From: Malacoraja senta
Taxonomy: Eukaryota
Reading direction: 5' to 3'
NCBI GenBank assembly: GCA_038087875.1
Contig: CM075989.1
Location: forward strand, 18,230,001-18,294,000
Length of the DNA: 64,000 nt
The notes beneath the pieces are model-generated. The model did not search any database and was not told the DNA's origin. It worked only from the letters and a program-made list of their open reading frames with translations. Position 1 is the stretch's first letter, and each line of letters begins with the position of its first letter. Made by a program: the position numbers and the translations under genes. Shown piece by piece: positions 25,257 through 37,744 of the stretch.

Positions 25257-25440
25257 CCTCCTCCTGCAACGGTCCCTGGGCCTCTGGAAAGCAAAGCCCC
25301 GCGCTGTTTAACTAGTCCCTACCCGGACGCTGCTCCTCCTCCTGCAACGGTCCCTGGGCGTCTGGAAAGCAAAGCCCCGCGCTGTTTAACTACTCCCTAC
25401 CCGGACGCCACTCCTCCTCCTGCAATGGTCCCTGGGCCTT
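25257..25440. repeat. 78-bp tandem monomers (~2.3 copies) at the CR1 5' end
   Basis: cctcctcctg recurs at 25257, 25335 and 25413 with near-identical units. Confidence 0.9.
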
Positions 25441-25760
25441 CTGTGGCAATGAATTCCACAGATTCACCACCCCCATCATCTCCTTCCTAAAGGTTTGTCC
25501 TTTAATTCTGAGGCTTTGACCTCTGGTCATGGACTCTCCCACTAGTAGAAACATCCTCTCCACGTCCACATCCACTCTATCCAGGCCTTTCACTATTTGG
25601 TACGTTTCAATGAGGACTTGCCTTCCCTTGGGCACCACTGTTCAAATTCCATCGAGGTGGTTCTCACCAAGCACTGAGTGGCTGCAGTGTGAAAACTTTG
25701 AAAGGCCAATTCAGTAATGAAAGGGACGTTGAATTGTATTGAAATAATGGAGGCACTCAC

Positions 25761-25820
25761 AAGAGCATTTGACATGGCCATCTTGGGCACCACCAACACA
25801 AATGATGGGCCTGCCACAGT
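25761..25820 (-). CDS. Candidate internal exon (60 nt), TVAGPSFVLVVPKMAMSNAL
   Basis: Minus strand reads tgtttttaatccacag|ACTGTG...GCTCTT|gtgagt. Phase 0/0, compatible with exon 43280-43325. Confidence 0.65.
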
Positions 25821-27208
25821 CTGTGGATTAAAAACAATGATTTTCTACCAGTGTAAAACAGAAAGAAAGGGCTGTATTGTGGGAGGTATGAAAAGCTCCC
25901 GTACCTTGTGTTAAAAATTACTTCCTGCCCGCAACCCCCTGAGTAATGCTTCCTTTCATTGATAAAACACTTACTATCCTCAACTGCTCACCAGCCCCCA
26001 CTTTGCATTTCTAGTAATTGTTTACATTGACAAATTCATGTATGTTACACTAATGGGAGAGTCTAGGACCAGAGGTCAGAATTAAAATTATAACTTGGAT
26101 AGAGTAGACGTGGAGAGGATGTTTTCACTCGTGGGAGAGTCTAGGACCAGAGGCCATGGCCTCAGAATTTAAAGACGTTCCTTTAGGAAGGGGATGAGGA
26201 GGAAGTTCTTTAGTCAGAGGGTGGTGAATCTATGGAGTTCATTGCCACTGAAGGCTGTAGAGGCCGTCAATGGATATTTTAAATGCGAAGAAGGATAGAT
26301 TCTTGATTAGTACGGGTGTCTGGGGAGAAGGCAGGGCTTGTTTCCACACTGTATCACTCTATGACTCCAATAGGGTTAGGAGGAGAGATAGATCATCCAT
26401 GATTGAATGGTGGGGTAAACTCGATGGGCCGAATGGCTTAATTCTGCTGCTATCACTTATGAACTTTTGAACTTATTTTAGTTTAGTTTAGTTTATTGTC
26501 ACGTGTACCGAGGGACTGTGAAACACTTTTTTTGGCATGCTTACCAGTCAGTAGAAAGACTATACATGATTGCAAATGAGCCATCCACAGAGTACAGATA
26601 CATGATAAAGGGAATAAAGATAATTCATATATTCATCTGGTTATCAATACATGAAAGAAATGCAAGTTAAAGAGAATGACAGGAGTGTGATTGTTGCCAC
26701 CTCTACGGCTCAGTGTCTCTTTGGATCATAAGGTGATCCAAAGAGTGATAGGAGTAGAATTAGGCCATTCGGCCCATCAAGTGAATTCCGCCCTTCAATC
26801 ATGACTGATCTATCTCTCCCTCCTAACCCCATTCTCCTGCTTTCTCTCAATCACCCTGACACCTGTGCTAATCAAGAATCTATCTTTCTCCGCCTTAAAA
26901 ATATCCATTGACGGCCTCCACAGCCATCTGTGGCCATGAATTCCACAGATTCACCACCCTCTCCCTGAAGAAGCTCCTCCTCACCTCCTTCCTAAAGGAA
27001 AGTCTTTTAATTCTGAGGCTATGACCTCGGGTCCTTGACTCTCCCACTAGTGGAAACATCCTCTCCACATCCACTCTGTCCAGGCCTCTCACTACTCGGT
27101 AAACTTCAATGAGGTCGCCCCTCATCCTTCTAAACTCCAGTGATTAGTTGCAGGTATTCATCTTGAGAACAGAAAGCAATCATTAAATTCATGATATAAA
27201 CAGGTTTA

Positions 27209-27434
27209 AGCCCCTGTCCCACTTTCACAACCTAATTCACGACCTTTTTTACTCGTGGACATTTTTCATCATGCTAGAAAAAACGCCCCGACCTACTTGA
27301 TGCCACGAGTACCTACGACTAGCATCACGGCCCGCTACGGCCTACCTACGACCTCCTACAACCTCGTGACGACCATGCTGCGAGAATGAGTCAAGGGCAA
27401 ACTCGGCAGAGGTCGTGAAAGTGGGATAGGCCCA
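27209..27434. mobile_element. PIF/Harbinger MITE
   Basis: TIRs agcccctgtcccactttcac / gtgaaagtgggataggccca; TTA TSD. Confidence 0.8.
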
Positions 27435-28061
27435 TTAATGTCAAGCTGGTGAAGTCTAATGTATTGGGAAAGCTCTCAGGACTGAGATTAGATTTCTACA
27501 ACTGCCAGCGTCGTCTCACCAGAAACTTGATGATATCTTAGATCTTCAGTGCTCCTGTCAAAGTCATCTCTAGGGATGCAGGCTCGAAGGGCCGAATGGC
27601 CTACTCCTGCACCTATTTTCTATGTATCTATGTATCTATGTATCTATCTATGAGATGACTTGATCTTGAGATGGTCTCAAGCTCGATCACACCGATAGTC
27701 ATGAATAGGCTTGAACTTATCAGGGACACAGAGGTGGTCAATGCTCACTGGAGATACCGCAAAGACCTCCACAACTGCAAAGCTATCCTTGATGTGAGTG
27801 CCTTGACTCCAGCCCATAGGACAAAAGAGTTGCAGGAACTGACCGGATCCCCACTGAAGACCTAAACGTGGGCAGTGAAGAGTTTAGGCTGAGCTATAGA
27901 GGGGATTGAAGGAGGAATTATTCAGCGCAGGTGGTTGGAATACACTACCTGAGGGGTTAGTGAAGGCAGGTGCTCTTTAACAAGTGTCTGGATGAGCACC
28001 TGTATCGTCCAGATATAGAGAGCTGGCACCAACTGCTGGTAACTGGGGTTAGTGGAGATGA

Positions 28062-28275
28062 TAGACACAAAATGCTGGGGTAACTCAGCAGGTCAGGCAG
28101 CATCTCTCTGGAGCAAAGGAATAGGTGACGTTTCGGAACCCTTCTTCAGACTTAATTAGAATCTGAAGAAGGGTTCCAACCTGAAACGTCACCTATTTCT
28201 TTTCTCCAGAGATGCTGCCTGACCTGCTGAGTTACCCCAGCATTTTGTGTCTACCTTTGGCCTAAACCAGCAACT
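28062..28275. mobile_element. Fold-back Penelope-derived element with two opposed hammerhead motifs
   Basis: Inverted halves around 28155; motifs at ~28125-28151 (-) and 28163-28193 (+). Confidence 0.75.
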
Positions 28276-28282
28276 TTAGTTC

Positions 28283-28592
28283 AATTTAGTTAAGAGATAC
28301 AGCGCGGAAACAGGCCCTTTGGCCCACCGGGTCTGCGCTGAGCAGCGAACCGCGCATATTAACACTATCCTACAACCACTAGGGACAATTTTTACATTTA
28401 CCAAGCCAATTAACCTACAAACCTGTACGTCTTTGGAGTGTGGGACGAAACCGAAGATCTCGGAGTAAATCCACGCAGGTCACGGGGAGAACGTACGAAC
28501 TCCATACAGACAGCACCCGTAGTCGGGATCGAACCGGGTCTCCGGCGCTGCATTCGCTGTAAGGCAGCAACTCTACCGCTGCGCCACCGTCC
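28283..28592 (-). mobile_element. HE1-like SINE
   Basis: Full-length match to the family. Confidence 0.9.
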
Positions 28593-30516
28593 GCGGTTCC
28601 TGCCTGCACATTTAGTGGAGATGATGGCCAGCGGGGATGTGGTGGGCTGAGGGGTCTGTATCTGAGCTCTACAACTGCCTAGTTCTGACAACATCAACTG
28701 CATGACTGTGCGGCAACGTAAGTAGAAAGATTACAATTTTCATGAGAATTTTAAGGATTCTCAATTTAAAAAAAATCTGTGGAAATACTTTTCTATAAAT
28801 AATAAAAACCTCTTCATGTATAATCTTTCAATACTACACAACAGTATAACTAATTAAGGTTGGAGAAAGGTCAGACTGGAGACTTATTCCAATTCCACTT
28901 CTTAAGTCATTTTTAATTAGCTGCTAACTCCTATAGCTCGGCCATCTGCCTGTGCTTTATCCCTTGTTCATGCAAAGCTGTTTTCCAAAGAACCTCATTA
29001 AAATCCAGAAATAATAGATATGGTGGAACAGGTTACAAAACTGTAATAATCTCAGCCTTCAGATAACATCTTCTGGTGTGATCATGAGCTGGAGATACTA
29101 ACGCGACCATTATTAAAGTAGATGCCTCTGTTTACAATTTTAAAGGATTTGTTTACTCGGCTGACAACAATTCTTTTCGATGCTTTTCAAATTATAAAGA
29201 CTTTGCGTCACACTGTTTAGTGAGATGATCACCACTGACATAAATGAGAGTTACTTGCAGTGCGTTAGACGTACACTGTGGACGGCTCGATTGTAATCGT
29301 GTATAGTCAGAAGGTCATAAGCCAGAGGAGCAGAATTAGGTTATTCGGCCGATCAAGTCTACTCCGCCATTCAATCATGGCTGATCTATCTCACCCCCCT
29401 AACCCCATTCTCCTGCCTTCTCCCCCAAAACTCCTGACACCCGTGCCAATCAATAATCTGTCAACCTCCGCCTTAAAAATATCCATTGACTTGGCCACAG
29501 CCGTCTGTGGCAATGAGTTCCACAGATTCACCACCCTCTGACTAAAGAAATTCCTTCTCATCTCCTTTCTAAAGGTAAGTCCTTTTATTCTGAGGCTATG
29601 GCCTCTGGTCCTAGACTCTCCCACTTGTGGAAACATCTTCTCCACGTTCACTCAAAGGACATTTATTATCACGCACACCAATTGGTGTTGTGAGATTCGA
29701 CTTGCCAACGCAGCACACGAATAAAGATAATACACAACATTAAAGAGTTTAACAATAAACATAAAAACATCCCCCCACAATGGTTCCCACTGTGGGGGAA
29801 GGCAGCAAAGTCCAGTCCCCATCCCCAGTTCCCCCATAGTCGGGCCTATTGAGGCCTCTACAGTCGCCGATACGGCAGCCCGATGCTTCAGGCCCTCTCG
29901 CCGGATGATGAAGCCCCGGCGTCGGGTTAACACTCTCAGTGTCTCCATCCAGGCCTTTCAGTATTGTACCTGCCTCAACTACCTCCTCTGGCAGCTCGTT
30001 TCAGAGTTCCGTCATCACAACAAGGAGAGCATTGTTCAAGAGGGCAGCTCGCCACTAGTCCAGGACTATTGCAATTAAACATAGATGATCACCTCAGCCA
30101 GTATATGTTTGCTTACTTTTTCCTTTCACTGCCAGTTGCAGCTGGAATATTCATCTTGGTTCCAGTCTACAGGTTTACAGGTTTGTTTTAATATGAGCAC
30201 TCTTTCTAGAATTCTTGCTCTAGAATAGATTTACCATGGGCACAAAAGAGATAACCACGGACATTGCAAAATGAACACATTGTTATTAAATTGTTGCCTC
30301 ACCAGCCCAAAGTCCAAGAGAAAAAAAGTCATTATTACCAGAAACCACCTTGATTGTCAAGATATTGATGTCAAAACCTAACATCTGTCACGTGTTTGCA
30401 ATCACTGTGAATACGTCTGCTGCTGGGAATCATTTGAGACACCGGACAAATAATGAATGAGAACTACCGGAACTTGCATTCTAGTGGATATAGAGTTCAT
30501 TATTCAGAACTTGCGG

Positions 30517-30832
30517 AGCGGCTAATGGTGGTGCAGCGGTAGAGTTGCTGTCTCACAGCGCCAGAGACCCGGGTTCGATCCCGACTACGGGTGCTGTCTG
30601 TATGAAATGTGTACGTTCTCCCTGTGACTGCATGGGCTTTCTCCTGGTGCTCTGGTTTCCGCCCACACTCCAATGACGTGCAGGTTTGTAGATTATTTGG
30701 CTTCGGTAAAAATTGTAAATTGTCCCTGGTGTGTAGGGTAGTGACTTAGTGTACGGGGTGATCGCTGGTCGACACAGACTCGGTGTGCTGAAGGACCTGT
30801 TTCCAAGCTGCAGATCTGAAACTAAAACTAAA
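30517..30832 (+). mobile_element. HE1-like SINE
   Basis: Full-length match to the family. Confidence 0.9.
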
Positions 30833-30985
30833 TGACAGAGTCTACTCTTGGCTCATCTATCTTACCCTTGTAACTCCATTCTCCTGCCTTCTCCCTATAA
30901 CCTTTGACACCTTCAGAATTCAGAACCAGAAGCAAAATCGTTGCAGTAAATGAACAGCAACACAACTGAACTCATTAAAAGTTCG

Positions 30986-31371
30986 TCTGAAGAAGGGTCT
31001 CGACTCAAAACATCACCCATTCCTTTTCTCCAGAGATGCTGCCCAGCACGCTGAGTTACTCCAGCTTTTTGTATCTATCTTCGGTTTAAACCAGCATCTG
31101 CAGTTCCTTCTTACTCATTAAAAGTCTCTGATGGATATGGACCACCTGCTTTGTTTAAACATGCAGGCTTGGCTAATGGAGGATGATGCAGGGAAGATAG
31201 ACACAAAATGCTGGAGTAACTCAGCGGGACAGGCAGCGTCCCTGGAGAGAAGGCATGGATGACGTTTCAGGCCGAGACACTTCTTCAGACTGAGGAAGGG
31301 TCTTGACCCGAAATGTCGCCTATGCCTTCTTTCCAGAGATGCTGCCTGTCCCACTGAGTTACTCCAGCATC
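30986..31371. mobile_element. Penelope-derived elements (single copy plus a fold-back pair at 31197-31371)
   Basis: Family terminal block in both orientations. Confidence 0.7.
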
Positions 31372-32829
31372 TCATTAGTACGTGTGTCAGGGGTTATGGG
31401 GAGAAGGCAGGAGAATGGGGTTAGGAGAGAGAGATTGCAGCCATGACTGAATGGCAGAGTAGACGATGGGCCGAATGACCTAATTCTACTCCTATCACTT
31501 ATGATCCTATGATCTTGTTTCTCTCTTCGGTGTAAACCAGCATCTGCAGTTCTTTCCCACAAGTGATGCAGGGACACTGGTATCTCTGCATCACCGAGTT
31601 CCTGATCTCTGCCTTGCTGCTTTAGAAAGCTGGAGAGCAGGAGGCAAGCGTTTCTCAGCCATGCCTAAAGTGGGAACACATGGAAACGCTGCGGCTGGAA
31701 CTGGTTCTCTAGTCTCGGAGCAGACTGCTCCAAGCAACATTTGTGGAGATCTGCACGACTTCCTGGCTTAAATGCGAGACGGGGAGAAAAAATAAATAGT
31801 TAGATGAATGATTAAACGGTTAATGATTGTTACACTGGGGAGAAGTACAGCTGTGGCTGCTAGGATTGATCAGATCAGGGCCTGTTTCAAAATGAAGCGG
31901 GTTTGTTTTATTTCTTAAAGGCAAAGGCCCTGTTTTAACTTTGGGTTGATTGGAAGAATCATGTTTCATTTTTATCGTGGATGAGCAAGAAGCTTCACGA
32001 CGCGGGGCTGGAAACTGGAAGTATCCCGAGCTAAATCTGCTACCACCATCATCTATTGTAACAAGTGATGGCTCCCACTGATTGTCGCCGGAAGCTTGCG
32101 TCCTTTTCAGGACGGACGATGACAGCGAGGCCAACATTGAAACAAGATGGACACCAATGAAGAAGAAGAAGATCATTTAGATGGGTTATGGGTTATAGAT
32201 GGGTTTTAAGGATAAGGGGGAAGTATTTTTGGACCGAGATGAGAATTTTTTTTTTCACACAGAGAGCGGTGAATCTGTGGAATTCTCTGCTACAGAAAGT
32301 AGTTGAGGCCAGTTCATTAGCTATATTTAAGAGGGAGTTAGATGTGGCCCTTGTGGCTAAAAGGATCAGGGGGTATGGAGAGAAGGCAGGTACAGGATAC
32401 TGAGTTGGATGATCAGCCATGATCATATTGAATGGCGGTGCAGGCTCGAAGGGCCGAATGGCCTACTCCTGCACCTATTTTCTATGTTTCTATAACTTAA
32501 AGACAGACAGACATGCCTAGAATCTGTTGCCCTCGCGACAAGTGAGAATCCCTGAGGCTGTTCTATGTGAGTACACACATACTGTAATTCAACACAACAG
32601 AGAGAGAAAAATTGACTGCTCCATCACCACCAACCAGGCGGCTTCATGATGTGAATATAATGCAAACATTAACCCCAAACTACCCGTAGAAGTCACAGAA
32701 CCATTGTGTGATAAAGATGGGATTTGACTTATTTATATTACAACGCTTTACAATGTTACCAAACAGAAACCGATTTAAAACCAGAGAAATAAACTCAATC
32801 AAGTCTCATGGGAAATTTTATTTTCGTAT

Positions 32830-33220
32830 AATTTATTGTCACGTGTACCGAAGTACAGTGAAATGCTGTCTTGTTGTGTGCAGTCCACTCAGCAGAAAGA
32901 CAATACATGATTACAATCAAGCTGTCCGCAGTGTACAGATGCAGGATAAAGGGAATAACGTTTAGTTAAAGTCCAGTAAAGTCCGATTACAATAGTTCTG
33001 TGAAATTATTTTTTATTGGAGGTAGATACATATCATATTAAAATCGATACCAGTCTTACATTTTTAAATTACTAATATCGTCCATTATTATTACAATGTC
33101 TCCAATACTTTTTTTTTCTTCTTTTTTTTAACTAAATAGAACTAAAAAGATATAGATGAAATAAAGAAAGAGAAAAAAGAGAAGAAACAAAAAAAAAAAA
33201 CAAAAACCCCCAAAACAAAA

Positions 33221-33261
<41 letters not shown>

Positions 33262-34092
33262 AAGAGATAATAAAGAAGAATGGAATAATTTACTACGATA
33301 AAAAACTTCATTCGAGATATATTCGTACATTTCAGAGTATAACATTTCATCTATTCCTTGGCACGGGTGTTAGTCAGGTTCTCGTGCTGAACCATTCTGA
33401 CCCTTTAAATAGTCAATAAAGGGAGACCATGTTCCGACGAATAGTTCCTGTTTGTCCAACAGGACAAGTCTAATTCTTTCCAAGTGTAAGGTCTCCGTCA
33501 TTTCTATAATCCACATTTTGATTGTGGGGGTTATAGGGCCTTTCCAAAATTTTAGAATTAATTTTTTCCCAGTTATTATACTATAATCAATAAAGTTTCT
33601 TTGAGTTGTTGTAAATGTTTGATTTAGTTCTAATGTTCCAAGTATTATCAATTTTGGATCCGGGTCCAATTGAATGCTAGTCACTTTAGATATTATTGTG
33701 AAAATATTTACCCAGATTACAATAGTTGAAGGGTCTCCAATGTAGTAGATGGGAGTACAGGAAGGAACTGCAGGTGCTGGTTTAAACCGAAGTTAGACAC
33801 AAAATGCTGGAGTAACTCAGCTGGACAGGCAGCATCTCTGGAGAGAAGGAATGGGTAACATTTTGGGTCAAGGCCCTTCTTCAGATGGGAGGTCAGGACT
33901 GCTCTCCAGTTGGTGAGAGGATGGTTCAGTTGCCTCATGACAGCTGGGAAGAAACTGTCCCTGAATCTAGAGGTGTGCGTTTACACACTTCTGTACCTCT
34001 TACCTGTTGGGAGAGGGGAGAAGCGGGAATGACCGGGCGGAGGGGGGGAGGCTGCTCCTTGATTATGCTGGAGGCCTTGCCGAGGCAGCGTG
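32830..34092 (-). mobile_element. Rex1/Babar 3' fragment carrying nested L1 and Penelope-derived insertions
   Basis: 3' UTR matches copies at 13460, 26480 and 34500; FSPLPTGKRYRSV in ORF 33981..34268. Confidence 0.75.
32998..33714 (-). mobile_element. 5'-truncated L1 (fish-type) with 13-bp TSD
   Basis: C-terminal ORF2 peptide KKLILKFWK...PTIKMW...LERIR...WSPFIDYL; T-rich 3' UTR with AATAAA; GATTACAATAGTT at 32985-32997 and 33715-33727. Confidence 0.88.
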
Positions 34093-34762
34093 AAGGGTGC
34101 GGGAGATTTGCGCCTCATCTCAATGTCTGCGCTGCTGCTCACTCCCATCGGATGAGGCGGGAAGGATTCGCTCCAATCTTTATGAATGTCAAGAAAACTG
34201 AGCATCTCTTTTAAGAAGAGAATATTGTGTTTCACACCTTCAGTCTGCCCAAGGTACTTCACAGCCAATTAAATAATTGTTATTATGTAGGCACTGCTGC
34301 GATGCTAGAAATGGCACAGACAAACTGCACAGACAGAAACAAGTACAGACAATGTTGTGATGAAGACACAACCGTCTGTTTCAGTGGGGTTGGGTAAAGG
34401 GAATTGGCCAGAATGCCTTGATGTTTCACCAAACCGTGCCAAATAACCCGGAGACGCAAGAAACTGCAGATGCTTAGTTTAGCTCAGTTTAATTGAGTTG
34501 AGTTGAGTTTATTGTCGTATTGTCGTGTGTACAGAGGTACAGGGAAAAGCTTTCGTTGCATGCTAACCTATCAGCGGAAAGACAATGCATAGTTACATTC
34601 GAGCCGTCCACAGTGCACAGATACATGATAAAGGGAATAACGTGAATAACATTTAGGGCAAGGTATAGTCCACTAAAGTCCGATTTAAGATAGTCCAAGG
34701 TGGTTGCCCTCTGAAGCAAAAAGAACAAAGTACTGGAGGAACTCAGCAAGTCTGCTAGCATC

Positions 34763-35079
34763 TTAGTTTAGTTTAGTTTAGAGATACAGCGCGGAAACAG
34801 GCTCCTCGGGCCACCGAATCAGCCCCGACCAGCGATCCCCGCACACTAACACCATCTTACACACACTGGAGACAATTTACATTTATACCAAGTCAAATTA
34901 ATCTACAAACCTGTACCTCTTTGGAGCGTGGGAGGAAACAGAAGATCACGAAGAAAACCCCACGTGGTCGTGGGGAGAACGTACAACAACACCGTACAGA
35001 CAGCACCCGTAGTCGGGATCGAACCTGGGTCTCTGGCGCTGTAAGGCGGCAACTCTACCGCTGCGCCACCGTGCCACCC
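34763..35079 (-). mobile_element. HE1-like SINE
   Basis: Full-length match to the family. Confidence 0.9.
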
Positions 35080-36059
35080 TCTGCAGAGGCAAAGGGAAGC
35101 TCACCGTTTCGGACATTACCCTGCATGAGGATTGAGAGTGCAGATGGAAGATAGCCAGCATCTTCCCATCTTTGCAGCGATCTGTAACGTGGTGTGGCAA
35201 TCCTCCCTCTACACACACACAGTCCTGATGTAGGATCAGAAGCCAAACTGTCGACCATTCTTTTGACTCCACAGATGCTGCCCGACCTGCCGAGTTTCTC
35301 CAGCTGTGTTTTGTGCCAAGGAACCTTCTACATTCACCCAAGAAGGGATGCCGATGTTACACCTCACTTAAAAAGACTGCGCGATCTCAGTGGTACCATG
35401 CACTGCCTCAAAGACAAGGGTGTACCGACCAGCCACAGCTGACGAGGCTGAATATCGGCAATTCAGAATGCAAACAGTGAACAGTGGCTCACAATCGCCC
35501 TTTGTGGAAATATCCACATAGATTTGGATTATGCACATCCTTACAAGGCAGAAAATCCACAGTTTCAATTAGCTAATTTGTGCCCATCTTCGTGGAGAGC
35601 TATTCTATATTTATGCACTTCCAAAGAACTAGTTATATTCTGAGCCCGAAGAAGGTTAGGACATGGATATGACAGGTTTAGAAGGATATGGACCAAACGC
35701 AGGCTAGTGGGACTAGTATAGATGGGACATGTTGATTGGTTTGGGCAAGTTGGGCCAAAGTGCCTGTTTCCACACTGTATGACTCTTTGACTCCATGAGT
35801 CTAGGGGTCCCGAAACAAAATGTCACCTACCCATTCCTTCCATTCATGCTGCCTGGTTCGCTGAGTTATTCCAGCGCTGTTCATAAGTTCATAAGTGATA
35901 GGAGCAGAATTGGGCCATTCGTCCCATCAAGTCTACTCCGCCATTCAATCATGGCTGATCTGAACCCCCTTCTCCTGCCTTCTCCCCAGAGCCCCTGACA
36001 TACTGTGTTTTCCCTCAGAATTCCAGCAACTGCAGTTCCTTGTATCTACAGCCACACCT

Positions 36060-36372
36060 TTAGCTTTAGTTTAGAGATACAGCTTGGAAACAGGCCCTTC
36101 GGCCCACTGAGTCTGCACTGACCAGCGATCCCCGCACATGAACACTATCCTACACACACTAGGGAAAATTTATATTTATATCAAGCCAATTAACCCACAA
36201 ACCTGTACGTCTTTGGAGTGTGGGAGGAAACCGAAGATCTCTGGGAAAACCCATGCGGTCACGGGGAGAATGCACAAACTCTGTACAGACAGCACCCGTA
36301 GTCGGGATCGAACCCGGGTCTCCGGCGCTGTGAACGCTGTAAGGCAGCAACTCTACCGCTGCGCCACTGTGA
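36060..36372 (-). mobile_element. HE1-like SINE
   Basis: Full-length match to the family. Confidence 0.9.
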
Positions 36373-37744
36373 CCTCTTACACATTAAGCTATATCCTCTT
36401 TGCCTTTGGCTGACCTCTGGGAATAGGGGCGAGCTGCCTTCACCAGGGGTGACTATTTGCAACGTTGGTCCCACCACGAAACAATTCTAGTCGGAACTCC
36501 TGTCCCCTTTCGTTTTGGACAGAAACCCAGTGGTTCACTGGCCGATTCCTTCTCAGGCTTCAGTGAAGCAAGTTATCTTTAGATCTCGTACCCACACACT
36601 CTGTGAGATTTGTATAAATAGCTAACCAATTCCAGATGGATTAATCGCGAACATATCCTAGAGCAGACACTTGACAGCAGACAATCATGTTAAAAAAAGC
36701 TGCAAATATTTAGATCTGGTAATTGCCACTGCTGGCAAGTACACTCATTTCAGGTCAGCAGCCATTTTTAAGAGAGCCAAATTCTGATGATAGTGAGCCA
36801 GTATTAAAAAAATGAAGTAACTGAGGAGTTGATTCTCCTGCAAGAAGCTAGTGATCATATTAGCAGCAATTTTAAATTACATCTATTATGAAAGAACCAC
36901 AACAAAATACTGTATGTGGTATGTACCTTTGTTAGGTTCCTAAAAATGGGCTCAACAAATGGATATGTTATCTATGAACCCTTCATGACCCCCGGTAAAG
37001 CCCCAATCGACCCCCTCCAAGGGGATCCCGACCCCCAGGTTAAGAACCACCGATCTAGTGCAAGGGAGGAACTGAACGGAATCCACATTAGTCAGGAAAC
37101 GGTGCAAGGTAAGCTGTTGAGACTGAAGGCAGTTAAATCCCCAGGGCCTGATGGTCTGTAACCCAGAGTACTCAAGGAGGTATCCCTAGAAATCGTGGAT
37201 GCATTGGTGATCATTTTCCAATATTCTCTCGACTCTGTATCAGTTCCTGTGGACTGGAGGGTAGACAATGTAAGTCCACTTTTTAAGAAAGAAGGGAGAG
37301 AGTAAAGAGGGAATTATAGACTAGTCAGCCATATATCGGTAGTGGGGAAGATGCTTGAGTCGATTATTAAAGATGTTATAGCAGCGCATTTGGAAAGCAG
37401 TGACAGGATCAGTCAAGGTCAGCATGGAAATATGAAGGGGAAATCATGCTTGACTAATCTTCTGGATTTTTTTGAGGATGTAAGAAGTAGAATGGATAAG
37501 GGAGAGCCAGTAGATGTGGTGTACCTAGACCTTCAAAAAGCATTTGACAAGGTCCCACACAAGAGATTAGTGTGCAAAATTAGAGCACATAGTATTGGAG
37601 ACAGGGTATTGACATGGATAGAGAACTGGTTGGCAGACTGGAAGCAAAGGGTAGGAATTGACGGGTCCTTTTCAGAATGACAGGCAGTGACTAGTGGGGT
37701 GCCACAAGGCTCGGTGCTGGGACCCCAGTTATTTACAATATATA

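Larger units (their letters stand above)
21067..25435 (-). mobile_element. Near full-length CR1 (HER1-like) LINE with open ORF1 and ORF2
   Basis: Two long ORFs, a CR1-type 3' end and a repeat-containing 5' UTR. Flanked by GCCTT at 21062-21066 and 25436-25440; interrupts an older CR1 3' fragment. Confidence 0.95.
20868..25620 (-). mobile_element. Older CR1 3' fragment split by the full-length CR1 (pieces ~20868-21066 and 25436-25620)
   Basis: Joining the pieces restores ggcctccacagccttctgtggcaatgaattcc, as seen in other copies (e.g. 29490-29520). Confidence 0.85.

Noticed and set aside
30117..30166. Possible 50-nt minus-strand exon
   Set aside because: Poor acceptor, and it would shift the frame between the better exons.
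32111..32180. Plus-strand acceptor followed by TDDDSEANIETRWTPMKKKKII*
   Set aside because: Isolated; the (GAA)n run looks like a retroelement tail, and there are no partner exons on the plus strand.
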